DNA of 64,000 bases. It comes from Sphaerochaetaceae bacterium (GTDB taxonomy: Bacteria; Spirochaetota; Spirochaetia; Sphaerochaetales; Sphaerochaetaceae). The notes under the pieces are model-generated. The model was not told the DNA's origin, did not search any database, and was given only the letters and a program-made list of their open reading frames with translations. Where the stretch lies: NCBI GenBank assembly GCA_963626615.1, contig CAVFYD010000001.1:1012-65011 (forward strand), written 5' to 3'. Shown piece by piece: positions 16,782 to 25,114 of the stretch (position 1 is the first letter of the stretch; every line of letters starts with the position of its first letter). Made by a program: the position numbers and the translations under genes.

Positions 16782-17456
16782 ATGAAACTTCTAATCGATT
16801 CGGCTGACATCAGTGAAATAAAGAGACTCTGTGAGTATTATCCCATAGACGGCGTAACGACCAACCCGTCAATCCTTGCTTCGGCAAAACGTCCTCCCTA
16901 TGAGGTGCTGAGGGAAATCAGGGAGTTTATAGGAGAGAAAGATCTCCACGTGCAGACTGTTGCAGATACGGCTTCCGGAATTCTTGCGGACGCAATGAGA
17001 ATAGTCGGTGAAACAGGAAGAAATACATACATAAAGGTTCCTGCAGTGAAGGAAGGCTTCAAGGCAATGAAGATGCTTTCGGAGAAAGGCTACAGGGTAA
17101 CGGGTACTGCTGTCTATACACCTCTCCAGGCATACCTCGCGGCAAAATGCGGTGCTCTCTATGTCGCTCCTTACGTCAACAGGATAGACAATCTCGGCTT
17201 TGACGGAGTTGAGAGCGTGAAGAAGATGCAGAACATCTTCGAGAATCACGGGTATGAAACGAAGATTCTTGCGGCATCCTTCAAGAATTCCATGCAGGTC
17301 CTGGAACTCTGTGAGTACGGAATCGGGGCTGCAACGCTGGCGCCATCAGTCATGGACGGGCTTGTGAAGAACAGCGAAATCGAGTCAGCTGTCAGAGCTT
17401 TCACGTCAGATTTTGAGTCACTTGTCGGAAAAGGCAGAACTATGAGCTCTCTCTGA
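16782..17456 (+). CDS. transaldolase family protein (fructose-6-phosphate aldolase / TalC-like)
   Basis: MKLLIDSADISEIKRLCEYYPIDGVTTNPSILA, plus the Schiff-base lysine context YIKVPAVKEG. I use the ATG at 16782 rather than the ORF-track start at 16740. Confidence 0.85.
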   Translation: MKLLIDSADISEIKRLCEYYPIDGVTTNPSILASAKRPPYEVLREIREFIGEKDLHVQTVADTASGILADAMRIVGETGRNTYIKVPAVKEGFKAMKMLSEKGYRVTGTAVYTPLQAYLAAKCGALYVAPYVNRIDNLGFDGVESVKKMQNIFENHGYETKILAASFKNSMQVLELCEYGIGAATLAPSVMDGLVKNSEIESAVRAFTSDFESLVGKGRTMSSL

Positions 17457-17581
17457 GAGTCAGTTCCTGCTGCTGATAATATCTTCATGTTATGAGGGTT
17501 CCGGAAAATATCAAGATTCATGCAGTTTTCTCACCATTTGTTATTATTGCATAAAATTATGTTTTCCCTGACGATATTCCC

Positions 17582-17935
17582 ATGAAGTATTTGAAGCAGA
17601 TTCTGATTATCTTTCTTGTTTCGTTTGCCGGCGAGTTTCTCAGAGGAATAATTCCGTTTCCGGTGCCATCGGGAGTATATGGGCTTGTAATCCTTTTTCT
17701 GCTCCTGATGACAGGTATTGTGAAAGCTGAGAACGTGAAGGAGACGTCATCCTTTCTCATCGGGATAATGCCCGCGCTTTTCATTCCGTCGGCAGTCGGG
17801 ATAATCAGAGTGAAGAACGAAGTTGGAGGTATTCTTATCCCTCTTGTCATTGCATGTACCGTTCTTACAACTCTCGTGATGGGTATCTCGGGAAAGATTA
17901 CGGATGTCATCATAGGGAGGAGAAAGCATGAATGA
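17582..17935 (+). CDS. lrgA: CidA/LrgA family holin-like protein
   Basis: 117 aa with 4 TM helices. It overlaps the following LrgB-family gene by 8 nt. Confidence 0.8.
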   Translation: MKYLKQILIIFLVSFAGEFLRGIIPFPVPSGVYGLVILFLLLMTGIVKAENVKETSSFLIGIMPALFIPSAVGIIRVKNEVGGILIPLVIACTVLTTLVMGISGKITDVIIGRRKHE

Positions 17936-18620
17936 TATTCTATCCTCGTCGCTTTTCTTCGGCTTTGTTCTTTCTCTTGCCTTCTATGAAGCGGGGCTCT
18001 GGCTCAAGAGAAAGCTCCGTCTTGCCGTCTTCAATCCTCTCCTTGTTTCCGTAGTTCTTGTCATACTCTTTCTGACTCTTTTCGACGTGGATTACGACAC
18101 ATACAACAGCTCCGCAGATATGCTGACATGGCTTCTGACTCCGGCAACCGTTGCCCTGGCTGTTCCTCTTTATGAGGAGATCAGGGTTCTGAAGGAGAAC
18201 CCTCTTGCAATCATTTCCGGGATAGTCGCAGGAACTCTTACATCGCTTGCGGGAGTACTGACACTTGCTCTTATATCCGGACTCTCACACACTGAGTATG
18301 TGACACTCCTTCCCAAGTCGGTGACGACTGCAATCGGAATGCCTCTCTCTTCAGAGTACGGAGGCTATTCGTCCATCACTGTTGCCGCAATAATAATCAC
18401 AGGAATATGGGGAAACATGACGTGTCCGTTTGTTCTCAGGCTCTTCCGTATTAAGAGCCCTGTTGCAAAAGGCGTTGCAATCGGAACATCTTCCCATGCA
18501 ATAGGAACGAGTAAGGCTGCAGAGATGGGAAATGTCGAAAGCGCAGTCTCGAGTCTCTCTCTTGTCACGGCAGGTATCCTGACTATGGTCCTCTTCGGAA
18601 TATTTGCCGAATTTGTCTGA
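17928..18620 (+). CDS. lrgB: LrgB/CidB family protein
   Basis: 230 aa, polytopic. Motifs KSVTTAIGMPLS and GTSSHAIGTSKA are typical of LrgB. Confidence 0.85.
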   Translation: MNDILSSSLFFGFVLSLAFYEAGLWLKRKLRLAVFNPLLVSVVLVILFLTLFDVDYDTYNSSADMLTWLLTPATVALAVPLYEEIRVLKENPLAIISGIVAGTLTSLAGVLTLALISGLSHTEYVTLLPKSVTTAIGMPLSSEYGGYSSITVAAIIITGIWGNMTCPFVLRLFRIKSPVAKGVAIGTSSHAIGTSKAAEMGNVESAVSSLSLVTAGILTMVLFGIFAEFV

Positions 18621-18970
18621 TGTGCAGTGCGGAAGTTGAGAAAGCATAAAAGGGCCAGGAAGCACGAGCGGGCTCGGGAAAATTGTGAGACTCGACAATA
18701 AGAAGCGTCTTACATTCAATGAAGAGAGCTCAGAAGGGCCAGCCTGGGGACCGTTTCTGTTGATTTCGGCATCGGCCTTGAGAGGAAAGTTCCACGTGAG
18801 ATTCCTTGTCACGGCCGGGGAGGCGTTCGCCTCTCTTCATCCTGCGAAACCGCACTCATTGTCTGATCGAGGCATGGACGCACTGTCCTGTATGCCGTAG
18901 AGAGCGTACGCATGAGCCGTGACAGGTACGCTTTCTGCTGCCCACGAAAGGGGTAGATGTCAGAAGCCTC

Positions 18971-18998
18971 AAAAAAAAACAACCTCCGCGAACGGAGG
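18971..18998 (-). terminator. rho-independent terminator of the 19026-19709 gene
   Basis: On the minus strand, CCTCCG-ttcg-CGGAGG is followed by a T9 run (the A9 at 18971-18979 on plus). Confidence 0.7.
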
Positions 18999-19025
18999 CT
19001 GTTGAGTGAGTTCGACTTATATGTT

Positions 19026-19709
19026 TCAATCGTTGAAGCCGATTGTGAAACCGACATAGGGCTGGACTTCGAAGCCGACTCTCTTGAGGTCAGCAACTTC
19101 TGTGCTGTATTTCGTGTGGTCTTCCTTGTAGATTCCTGTGTAGAATGTTGCTGCTGCCATCACTCCTGCTCTCATGCCGAATGACCCCTGGCTGTCGATG
19201 TTCATGTAGACACCGGCTCCTCCGACAACCTGACACTCAACCTTTGTTAACGAGTAGTTCTGGTAGATGAGGTAATATGCGGAGCTTGTTTCGATGAGTG
19301 TCGAATTTGTGTAGGTTACAGCCTTGTCATATGTGACTGCAAAACCGAATCTGACATCGAGTCCTGCGTTGCTTGTCATCGGGACTCTTCCGACCATACC
19401 TGCCTGACAGTAGACGGGGAAGTCTCTTTCTTCGAAATCAAGTTCTGTGCCGTCAACGTCACTCTTGAGTGGAACTGTAACACCGATGTTGGTGAAGAGG
19501 CCTACATAGCTGTTGAGGTAGTAGTCATAGTCGAATGCGATACCTGCGCCCATGAGAGTATTCACGGATGTATTTTTTCCGCTTGATGATTCCATCTTTC
19601 TGTAGTCTCCGACTGCTCTGACAGTGATGACTTCCCTCGGAAGACTGCCAGCAAAGACAGTTGTGACTGCAATAATCATTATTAATAAGACAATGGATAA
19701 TTTCTTCAT
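19026..19709 (-). CDS. secreted protein, probable small outer-membrane beta-barrel
   Basis: Signal peptide MKKLSIVLLIMIIAVTTVFAG. Alternating hydrophobic pattern. C-terminal VGFTIGFND. Confidence 0.65.
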   Translation of the reverse strand: MKKLSIVLLIMIIAVTTVFAGSLPREVITVRAVGDYRKMESSSGKNTSVNTLMGAGIAFDYDYYLNSYVGLFTNIGVTVPLKSDVDGTELDFEERDFPVYCQAGMVGRVPMTSNAGLDVRFGFAVTYDKAVTYTNSTLIETSSAYYLIYQNYSLTKVECQVVGGAGVYMNIDSQGSFGMRAGVMAAATFYTGIYKEDHTKYSTEVADLKRVGFEVQPYVGFTIGFND

Positions 19710-19875
19710 TTGTTTGTCTCCTGTTGCTTTAAGTTTAATTCAGAGTCCGACAGAATTGGAAGTGGGCCTCTGTGTTCAAATTGTGTAATCTTTACTCTTT
19801 GTCAAGGATTTTCCCGTTTTCCTTTTCTGTTTGACTTTTTCCCCGGATGATTCAGAATATTATACGGAGGAAAAT

Positions 19876-20562
19876 ATGGCACTGAAAATTGCTCTTATTT
19901 CACTTGTCGGATTACTTGTCGACATCGTTTTCATCAGAACAGAGTATGAGGGACAGATGATAAAGGCGACTGTCCTCAAGGCTCTTGCGTCGCTCTTCTT
20001 CGTCATTCTCGGTGTGGTATGTTATATGGAGAAGTCTTCGCCCTTCGGTCTTCTCGTTCTCATCGGTCTTGTGCTCGGGATGCTGGGAGATATCTTTCTC
20101 AACATGCGTAACTGCGTGAAAGGCGCTCTTTCGATGAAGATCTTCGCAGTCGGTATCCTTTTCTTCCTTTCGGGGCATTTTCTCTATATCGCCTCCCTTA
20201 TCTCTCTTTCGTCAAAGGCTGTGCCTCTCGCACTCGGCTTCGCTCTTGTTCTTTCATGTGCATCCATTCCCCCTCTCATGAAGAGAATCACGGCTCCGAC
20301 GAGGGCCCTCAAGATATTCGGCTATGTTTATCTTGTGGTTGTAATCGCGATGTTCTCGTCCTCTCTTTCCGTAATGATCCATAACGGGGGAGGAGTGTGC
20401 GGAATCCTGTTCACCATCGGCGCTCTTCTCTTCGTCGTCAGTGACTTCATCATGATCTACTACAGCTTCGGTAAGAAGATAAAGCCGCTGAGGGCCGTTA
20501 ATCTTCTTTCGTATTACTGCGGTCAGCTTCTCATTGCGCTCACTATTCTCATGGTAAAATAA
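19876..20562 (+). CDS. YhhN / lysoplasmalogenase family membrane protein
   Basis: Polytopic. Motifs LGMLGDIFLN and FVVSDFIMIY match the family GD..fL and SD.. signatures. ATG at 19876 with RBS ggagg. Confidence 0.7.
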   Translation: MALKIALISLVGLLVDIVFIRTEYEGQMIKATVLKALASLFFVILGVVCYMEKSSPFGLLVLIGLVLGMLGDIFLNMRNCVKGALSMKIFAVGILFFLSGHFLYIASLISLSSKAVPLALGFALVLSCASIPPLMKRITAPTRALKIFGYVYLVVVIAMFSSSLSVMIHNGGGVCGILFTIGALLFVVSDFIMIYYSFGKKIKPLRAVNLLSYYCGQLLIALTILMVK

Positions 20563-20601
20563 GACTTGCCTGTGAGGGAATAAGGGGACTACCATATTCT
20601 C

Positions 20602-20614
20602 TGGTCATACCACA
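20602..20614 (+). promoter_or_regulatory. candidate GntR-family operator TGGTCATACCACA
   Basis: The palindromic core TGGT-CAT-ACCA lies 6 nt downstream of a TTGCCT-18 nt-TACCAT promoter-like pair. It matches 12 of 13 positions of the site at 23534-23546. Confidence 0.4.
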
Positions 20615-20633
20615 GACACAAAGGAGTTTAACA

Positions 20634-22628
20634 ATGAAGGAAGGAACAAAGAGGTCTTTCATCGTCCTTGCCGTTCTGCTTCTCGTCATCTTCAGCTCGA
20701 TGATAGCTGCCGATAAGATACAGACGGGTAACGGAAAGGTTGAGGTTACGGAAGGCTGGATAGAAACGGATGTGGGCAATCTCATGTACAAGCTCTATTC
20801 ACCTGTCAGTGCAACAGAGGAAAATCCGGCTCCGGGCGTCCTGATGCTTCACGGCTATCAGAACGACCACGAGACATGTGCCGCATACGCCATCGAACTC
20901 GCACGGAGAGGGTGTGTCGTACTCTGCCTTGACGAGTACGGACACGGCTCGACTACAGCCGGCCTTGTGAACCGCGGCTATGTCAACCACAAGGTCACCG
21001 TCAACTACGGCGAGGACAGCACGGAGGACGGTACTTTCAAGGCTATCGGCGGCCAGACAAGATACAGGGTCATGATGAACTTCTCCAACCTCAGTTTCTT
21101 CGATTCCCGCTATACGACGGACAGTGACGGCAATACGCTTACTGACTCTTCTGCCGGCGGCAATTACGCCTACGCTCTTCTTGCTGCGATGGAGAATGTC
21201 GACTCCTCGCGTCTTGTAGTATCGGGACACTCGATGGGAACATGGTCAAGCTGGTCTGTTGCTGCCGAATTCTCAGACACTGAAATCGCACCGAAGGCAG
21301 TTGTGCTCCAGTGCGGAGAACTCTTCAGAAAGAGTGTGTATGATTCTGACTCCATTCATTTCAGCAATGTTCTTCTCCTGCAGGCTAAGTGGGATGAATT
21401 CAGCTACTTCAGGGATTACAGGAGGGTAGTGGACGATTCACTTCTCCAGAGCGACCTCAGACGGGAATTCCTGGGTGTAACAGATGGAGAGGCAGAGTGG
21501 GACACAACCTACGGATCCTTCACTGACGGAACGGCAAGAAGAATCGAGCTTCTCTATACAAACCATCGTCTCACGACACACAACAGCCACGGCCTCAGTA
21601 CTGCAATCGACTGGATAGACTCCGCTGTCGGACTCGATACTGCGCTTCCATCCTCCAATCAGATAGCGATGTACAAGGAAGTGCTGGTGCTTATTGCGAT
21701 GCTCAGTGCCGTATTCAGTACGCTTCCTCTCATGAATATCCTCCTCGGGACTCCTTTCTTCAGAACAGTTAAGCAGGATCTCCCGTCAAAAGATGGAGTG
21801 AAGAGCAACGGAAAGTGGTGGAAGGGATGTGTGATCACGATGCTGATAGCAGCTTCGACTTACCCCTTCATGACACAGCTCGGACACGGACTCCTGCCGC
21901 TTCCGGAGAACATCTTCCGCATGACGGTCGGTAACGGATTCCTCTCCTGGTATCTTCTGATGATACTGATTATGGTGATTCTGACTGCCATCAGTCTCAA
22001 TAAGAACAGAAAGAAGGGGGTTAGGGACCGCTGGCTGGGTATGGGGCTTGCAGAAAATGATAACCCCGACAGGATGAGCTGGCCGCTACTGGGAAAGTGT
22101 GCGCTTCTCGTTCTCTGCATTCTTCTCTACATCTACATTATTCTTCTCATATGTGAAAAGGCATTCCTTCTCGACTTCAGATTCATCTGGCCGTTCTTCA
22201 GGACCTTTGACTGGACAAGACTGGGGCAGTTCTGCGTCTACTTCCCGGTATTTGCTCTCTTCTTCATCCTGAACAACAGCAAGATAATGGCTTCGTCGCG
22301 CACAGATGCGTCTTATCTGGAGGGAGCAAGGGGCTTCTGGCTTTCGTGGTGGAGGAACGCACTCATGATGGTCGGCGGTATTCTCATCATAGTTCTTATC
22401 GAGTACATACCGTTCTTCCTCAACATCGGGCCCGGTGCCGACGTACTCTTCGGCTCGACGTTCGGAGGCCCGTTCATGTCGCTTCTGATTCTCTTCGCGC
22501 CGCAGGTAATCGTATTCAGTCTTATCGGGACCTACGCTTACCGCAGGACGGGGAGTGTCTATACAGGTGCTCTCCTTATTGCTTCCATGGCCTGCTGGAT
22601 AGTTACCGGCGGTTCGTCGATGATGTAA
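20634..22628 (+). CDS. alpha/beta hydrolase domain fused to a C-terminal polytopic membrane domain
   Basis: 664 aa. N-terminal signal anchor, HGYQNDHE, and nucleophile elbow GHSMG. From about aa 340 there are roughly 8 hydrophobic helices. Confidence 0.75.
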   Translation: MKEGTKRSFIVLAVLLLVIFSSMIAADKIQTGNGKVEVTEGWIETDVGNLMYKLYSPVSATEENPAPGVLMLHGYQNDHETCAAYAIELARRGCVVLCLDEYGHGSTTAGLVNRGYVNHKVTVNYGEDSTEDGTFKAIGGQTRYRVMMNFSNLSFFDSRYTTDSDGNTLTDSSAGGNYAYALLAAMENVDSSRLVVSGHSMGTWSSWSVAAEFSDTEIAPKAVVLQCGELFRKSVYDSDSIHFSNVLLLQAKWDEFSYFRDYRRVVDDSLLQSDLRREFLGVTDGEAEWDTTYGSFTDGTARRIELLYTNHRLTTHNSHGLSTAIDWIDSAVGLDTALPSSNQIAMYKEVLVLIAMLSAVFSTLPLMNILLGTPFFRTVKQDLPSKDGVKSNGKWWKGCVITMLIAASTYPFMTQLGHGLLPLPENIFRMTVGNGFLSWYLLMILIMVILTAISLNKNRKKGVRDRWLGMGLAENDNPDRMSWPLLGKCALLVLCILLYIYIILLICEKAFLLDFRFIWPFFRTFDWTRLGQFCVYFPVFALFFILNNSKIMASSRTDASYLEGARGFWLSWWRNALMMVGGILIIVLIEYIPFFLNIGPGADVLFGSTFGGPFMSLLILFAPQVIVFSLIGTYAYRRTGSVYTGALLIASMACWIVTGGSSMM

Positions 22629-22634
22629 AGAGAG

Positions 22635-22654
22635 GGGCTCCCGCAGGGGAGCCC
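22635..22654. terminator. bidirectional hairpin between convergent genes
   Basis: GGGCTCCC-gcag-GGGAGCCC, an 8-bp stem between the stops at 22628 (+) and 22674 (-). Confidence 0.5.
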
Positions 22655-22673
22655 TTACTTTATGTCTTTCAGT

Positions 22674-23393
22674 TTATTCCAGGATCACGTCATTTTCCTG
22701 TTTCCTGAGATGGACACTCAGATAGTCCGAAGCGTGTCCGAGCAGGCGGTACATCGCCATATCTGCAGCATAGGCATCGCGCCTCTTCACTGCGTCCGTG
22801 AGCTCGCGGTACATCGGAAGCCCTGCCTTGAACTCCTCTTCACTTCTGTAGTGTTCCTTTATGAGGTTTCTTATCATCTTCTCGAAACTCTGGAATACCA
22901 TGTAGTAGGCCCTGTTGCCGCTGATTTCCGTTATGCACCTGTGGTATTCGTAGAGGGCATCAACGGCATTGTCCCATTTCGAGGAGCTAATCCTCTCCGT
23001 ATTCTTCTCCAGTATCCTCAGTCCCTCTTCTGTCAGGGAAGCGCATGCAAGTCTTGTGCATTCCCTCTCGATGAGGATTCTGAGATCCATGAAGTCCCCG
23101 AAGAGCCGTCTGTCGACTCTGGCCGAGTCATAGCTCATGATGGCCGCAAGCGTCTCCGGAGTCGCCTTCCTGGAGTACTGTGCGACAAAGGTTCCCTTTC
23201 TCGGGACAATCGTCACGAAGCCCATTCTCTCAAGATCCATGATTCCCTGATTGATGGAACCCCTGCTCATCCCCAGTTCTTCCGCGAATTCCCTCTCTGC
23301 GGGAAGTCTGTCCCCCGGCCTGAGTTCTCCCGAGAGTATTCTCGACTTTACGACTTCTATGAATCTTGATTTAAGGCTTTCCTTTCCGGCCAT
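22674..23393 (-). CDS. GntR family transcriptional regulator (FadR subfamily, FCD domain)
   Basis: 239 aa. Winged HTH LRPGDRLPAEREFAEELGMSRGSINQGIMDLERMGFVTIVPRKGTFV, followed by an all-helical C-terminal domain. Confidence 0.9.
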   Translation of the reverse strand: MAGKESLKSRFIEVVKSRILSGELRPGDRLPAEREFAEELGMSRGSINQGIMDLERMGFVTIVPRKGTFVAQYSRKATPETLAAIMSYDSARVDRRLFGDFMDLRILIERECTRLACASLTEEGLRILEKNTERISSSKWDNAVDALYEYHRCITEISGNRAYYMVFQSFEKMIRNLIKEHYRSEEEFKAGLPMYRELTDAVKRRDAYAADMAMYRLLGHASDYLSVHLRKQENDVILE

Positions 23394-23498
23394 CTTTTCC
23401 CTCCTCTCTTCTCAGAAGTCTAACCCAGCTTACTGCAGAAAGCAAGTGTGGCTTTAAATTTTATGACCAGAGTCTTGTGAAAAATCTGTAATTTCTTA

Positions 23499-23527
23499 TT
23501 GTAAGCCCTCTGGATGTGCAATAAACT
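23499..23527 (+). promoter_or_regulatory. sigma70-like promoter candidate (TTGTAA-17 nt-TAAACT) for the oxidoreductase operon
   Basis: Hexamers at 23499-23504 and 23522-23527 with a 17-nt spacer. Confidence 0.4.
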
Positions 23528-23531
23528 AATC

Positions 23532-23546
23532 TGTGGTTATACCACA
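23532..23546 (+). promoter_or_regulatory. candidate GntR-family operator TGTGGT-TAT-ACCACA
   Basis: Perfect 6-bp inverted arms with a 3-nt spacer, 4 nt downstream of the predicted -10. It sits in the divergent region next to the GntR gene. The GT-N-AC core is typical of GntR/FadR operators. Confidence 0.5.
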
Positions 23547-23563
23547 AATGGAGGAACATACCG

Positions 23564-25114
23564 GTGAGTAAGTACGACGTAATCGTTGTCGGCGCAGGTA
23601 ACGGAGGTCTCTCCGCCGCACTATGGCTGGCAAAGAAGGGCAAGAAGGTTCTCGTTCTCGAGAAGCATAATCTTCCGGGAGGATGTGCAACAAGCTTCGT
23701 AAGGGGAAACTACGAGTTCGAGGCAACGCTGCACGAACTGTGTCAGATGGGAACCGGAGAAGGGGAAGGCAAGAGAGGCGCCGTGAGGAAGCTTCTGGAA
23801 GACGACTATAAGCTTGATGTCGAATGGTGTGCAGTCAACGAAAGCTTCTCCGCGATTGCGACGGACGAAGGAGGCTTCAGCGTTTCGATGCCTGCGGGAG
23901 TGCAGAATTTCATCGATGAAATGGAGAAGGCAGTACCCGGCTCGAGAGAGAGCATGACGACGGTCATGGAACTGGGGAGAATGCTTGTCGACGGAGTGGA
24001 GTGGCTCTATGAGAGACACAACGAACCCGAGGGTATCGAGAAGGTCAAGATGATGCTGAAGTATTATGACCTCATGTGTCTTGTTCCGATGCCGTGCGAG
24101 GAGATGCTGAGACGCATCGGGGTTCCGGAGAAGGCAAGAAACATATTCGAAAGCTACTGGACTTATGTTTCTGCGGACTCGACGGAAATGAGCTTTGCCC
24201 CGTACACATTCATGACGTATGTATACCTCACGCAGAAACCATGGTTCGCGAAGAACCGCTCCCATGAGATATCTCTCGCATTCGACGAAAAGATAAGAAA
24301 GATGGGCGGTGACATCTGGTACAACACGACTGTGGAGAGAATCAACATCGAAAAGGGTGAGGTGAAGGGTGTAACTCTGAAGAGCGGCGAATTCATCCCC
24401 TCTTCCTATGTCATATCGAATCTGATGCCGCATGTCGTATTCGGCCGCATGGTGGATGAGAAGGAGGTTCCCGTCTATGACAGGAAGAAGATGAATGCAC
24501 AGCGTCTTGCCCAGTCATGCTTCACCGTATACCTGGGGCTCGATGCATCTGCTGAGGAAATCGGACTCAAAAACTACGACACATTCATGCGCTATAACCC
24601 GAATAACCATGAACAGTTCCTTTCGTCTTCCTCTCTTGATACACATAAGGACATAACATGCACGGTCCTGACGAATGCCCTTCCAGATGCCGCAGGCGAG
24701 AACCGCGCATTCATCCAGTTCTCCAAGTTCTATACGGGAGACCCGTTTGCCGGTGTGAAGGCGGAAGACTACTTCCGGATCAAGGACAGAATTGCTTTGG
24801 AGTGCGTCGAGCGCTACGAAGAAGTGACGGGGTGTGACCTCCGCAGCCACATCGAGGAAATCGTGGTGGCATCACCCGTGACATGGGCACGCTATCTCGG
24901 TACCCCCAACGGTGACGTCTACGGTTATATCCCGGCAGGATGGGACGGAATGTTCCCCCGTGTGCAGTGTGCGCATAAGGAAGACTACACGATAAAGGGC
25001 CTCAGGTTTGTCGGCGGACACGGTACCCAGATGGACGGGTACTCGCAGGCATATCTCTCGGGACAGGAAGAGGCAAGATACTTCTACGAAGAAATGGAAA
25101 AGGAGGGAAAGTAA
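23564..25114 (+). CDS. NAD(P)/FAD-dependent oxidoreductase, phytoene-desaturase (CrtI-like) family
   Basis: 516 aa. GTG start with RBS ggagg. Dinucleotide fold YDVIVVGAGNGGLSAALWLAKKGKKVLVLEKHNLPGGCATSF. Confidence 0.85.
   Translation: MSKYDVIVVGAGNGGLSAALWLAKKGKKVLVLEKHNLPGGCATSFVRGNYEFEATLHELCQMGTGEGEGKRGAVRKLLEDDYKLDVEWCAVNESFSAIATDEGGFSVSMPAGVQNFIDEMEKAVPGSRESMTTVMELGRMLVDGVEWLYERHNEPEGIEKVKMMLKYYDLMCLVPMPCEEMLRRIGVPEKARNIFESYWTYVSADSTEMSFAPYTFMTYVYLTQKPWFAKNRSHEISLAFDEKIRKMGGDIWYNTTVERINIEKGEVKGVTLKSGEFIPSSYVISNLMPHVVFGRMVDEKEVPVYDRKKMNAQRLAQSCFTVYLGLDASAEEIGLKNYDTFMRYNPNNHEQFLSSSSLDTHKDITCTVLTNALPDAAGENRAFIQFSKFYTGDPFAGVKAEDYFRIKDRIALECVERYEEVTGCDLRSHIEEIVVASPVTWARYLGTPNGDVYGYIPAGWDGMFPRVQCAHKEDYTIKGLRFVGGHGTQMDGYSQAYLSGQEEARYFYEEMEKEGK

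Noticed and set aside
18781-18800. The string GAGGAAAGTTCC resembles the RNase P RNA CR-I/P4 motif (GAGGAAAGUCCGG) inside the 18621-18970 non-coding region.
   Set aside because: I found no matching CR-V (ACAGAAnCCGGCUUA) on the same strand. The ACAGAAACGG-like string is on the opposite strand. The motif sits about 150 nt from the 5' boundary with only about 190 nt downstream, which does not fit a bacterial RNase P RNA. tmRNA (no GGTTCGA T-arm, no tag ORF) and SRP RNA (no GGAA tetraloop context) also do not fit.
22662-23369. 235-aa plus-strand ORF.
   Set aside because: It is entirely antisense to the GntR regulator gene, which has clear family motifs. Its composition is not protein-like.
23621-24433. 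270-aa minus-strand ORF.
   Set aside because: It is antisense to the CrtI-like oxidoreductase gene, with an R/H/L-rich composition typical of shadow ORFs.
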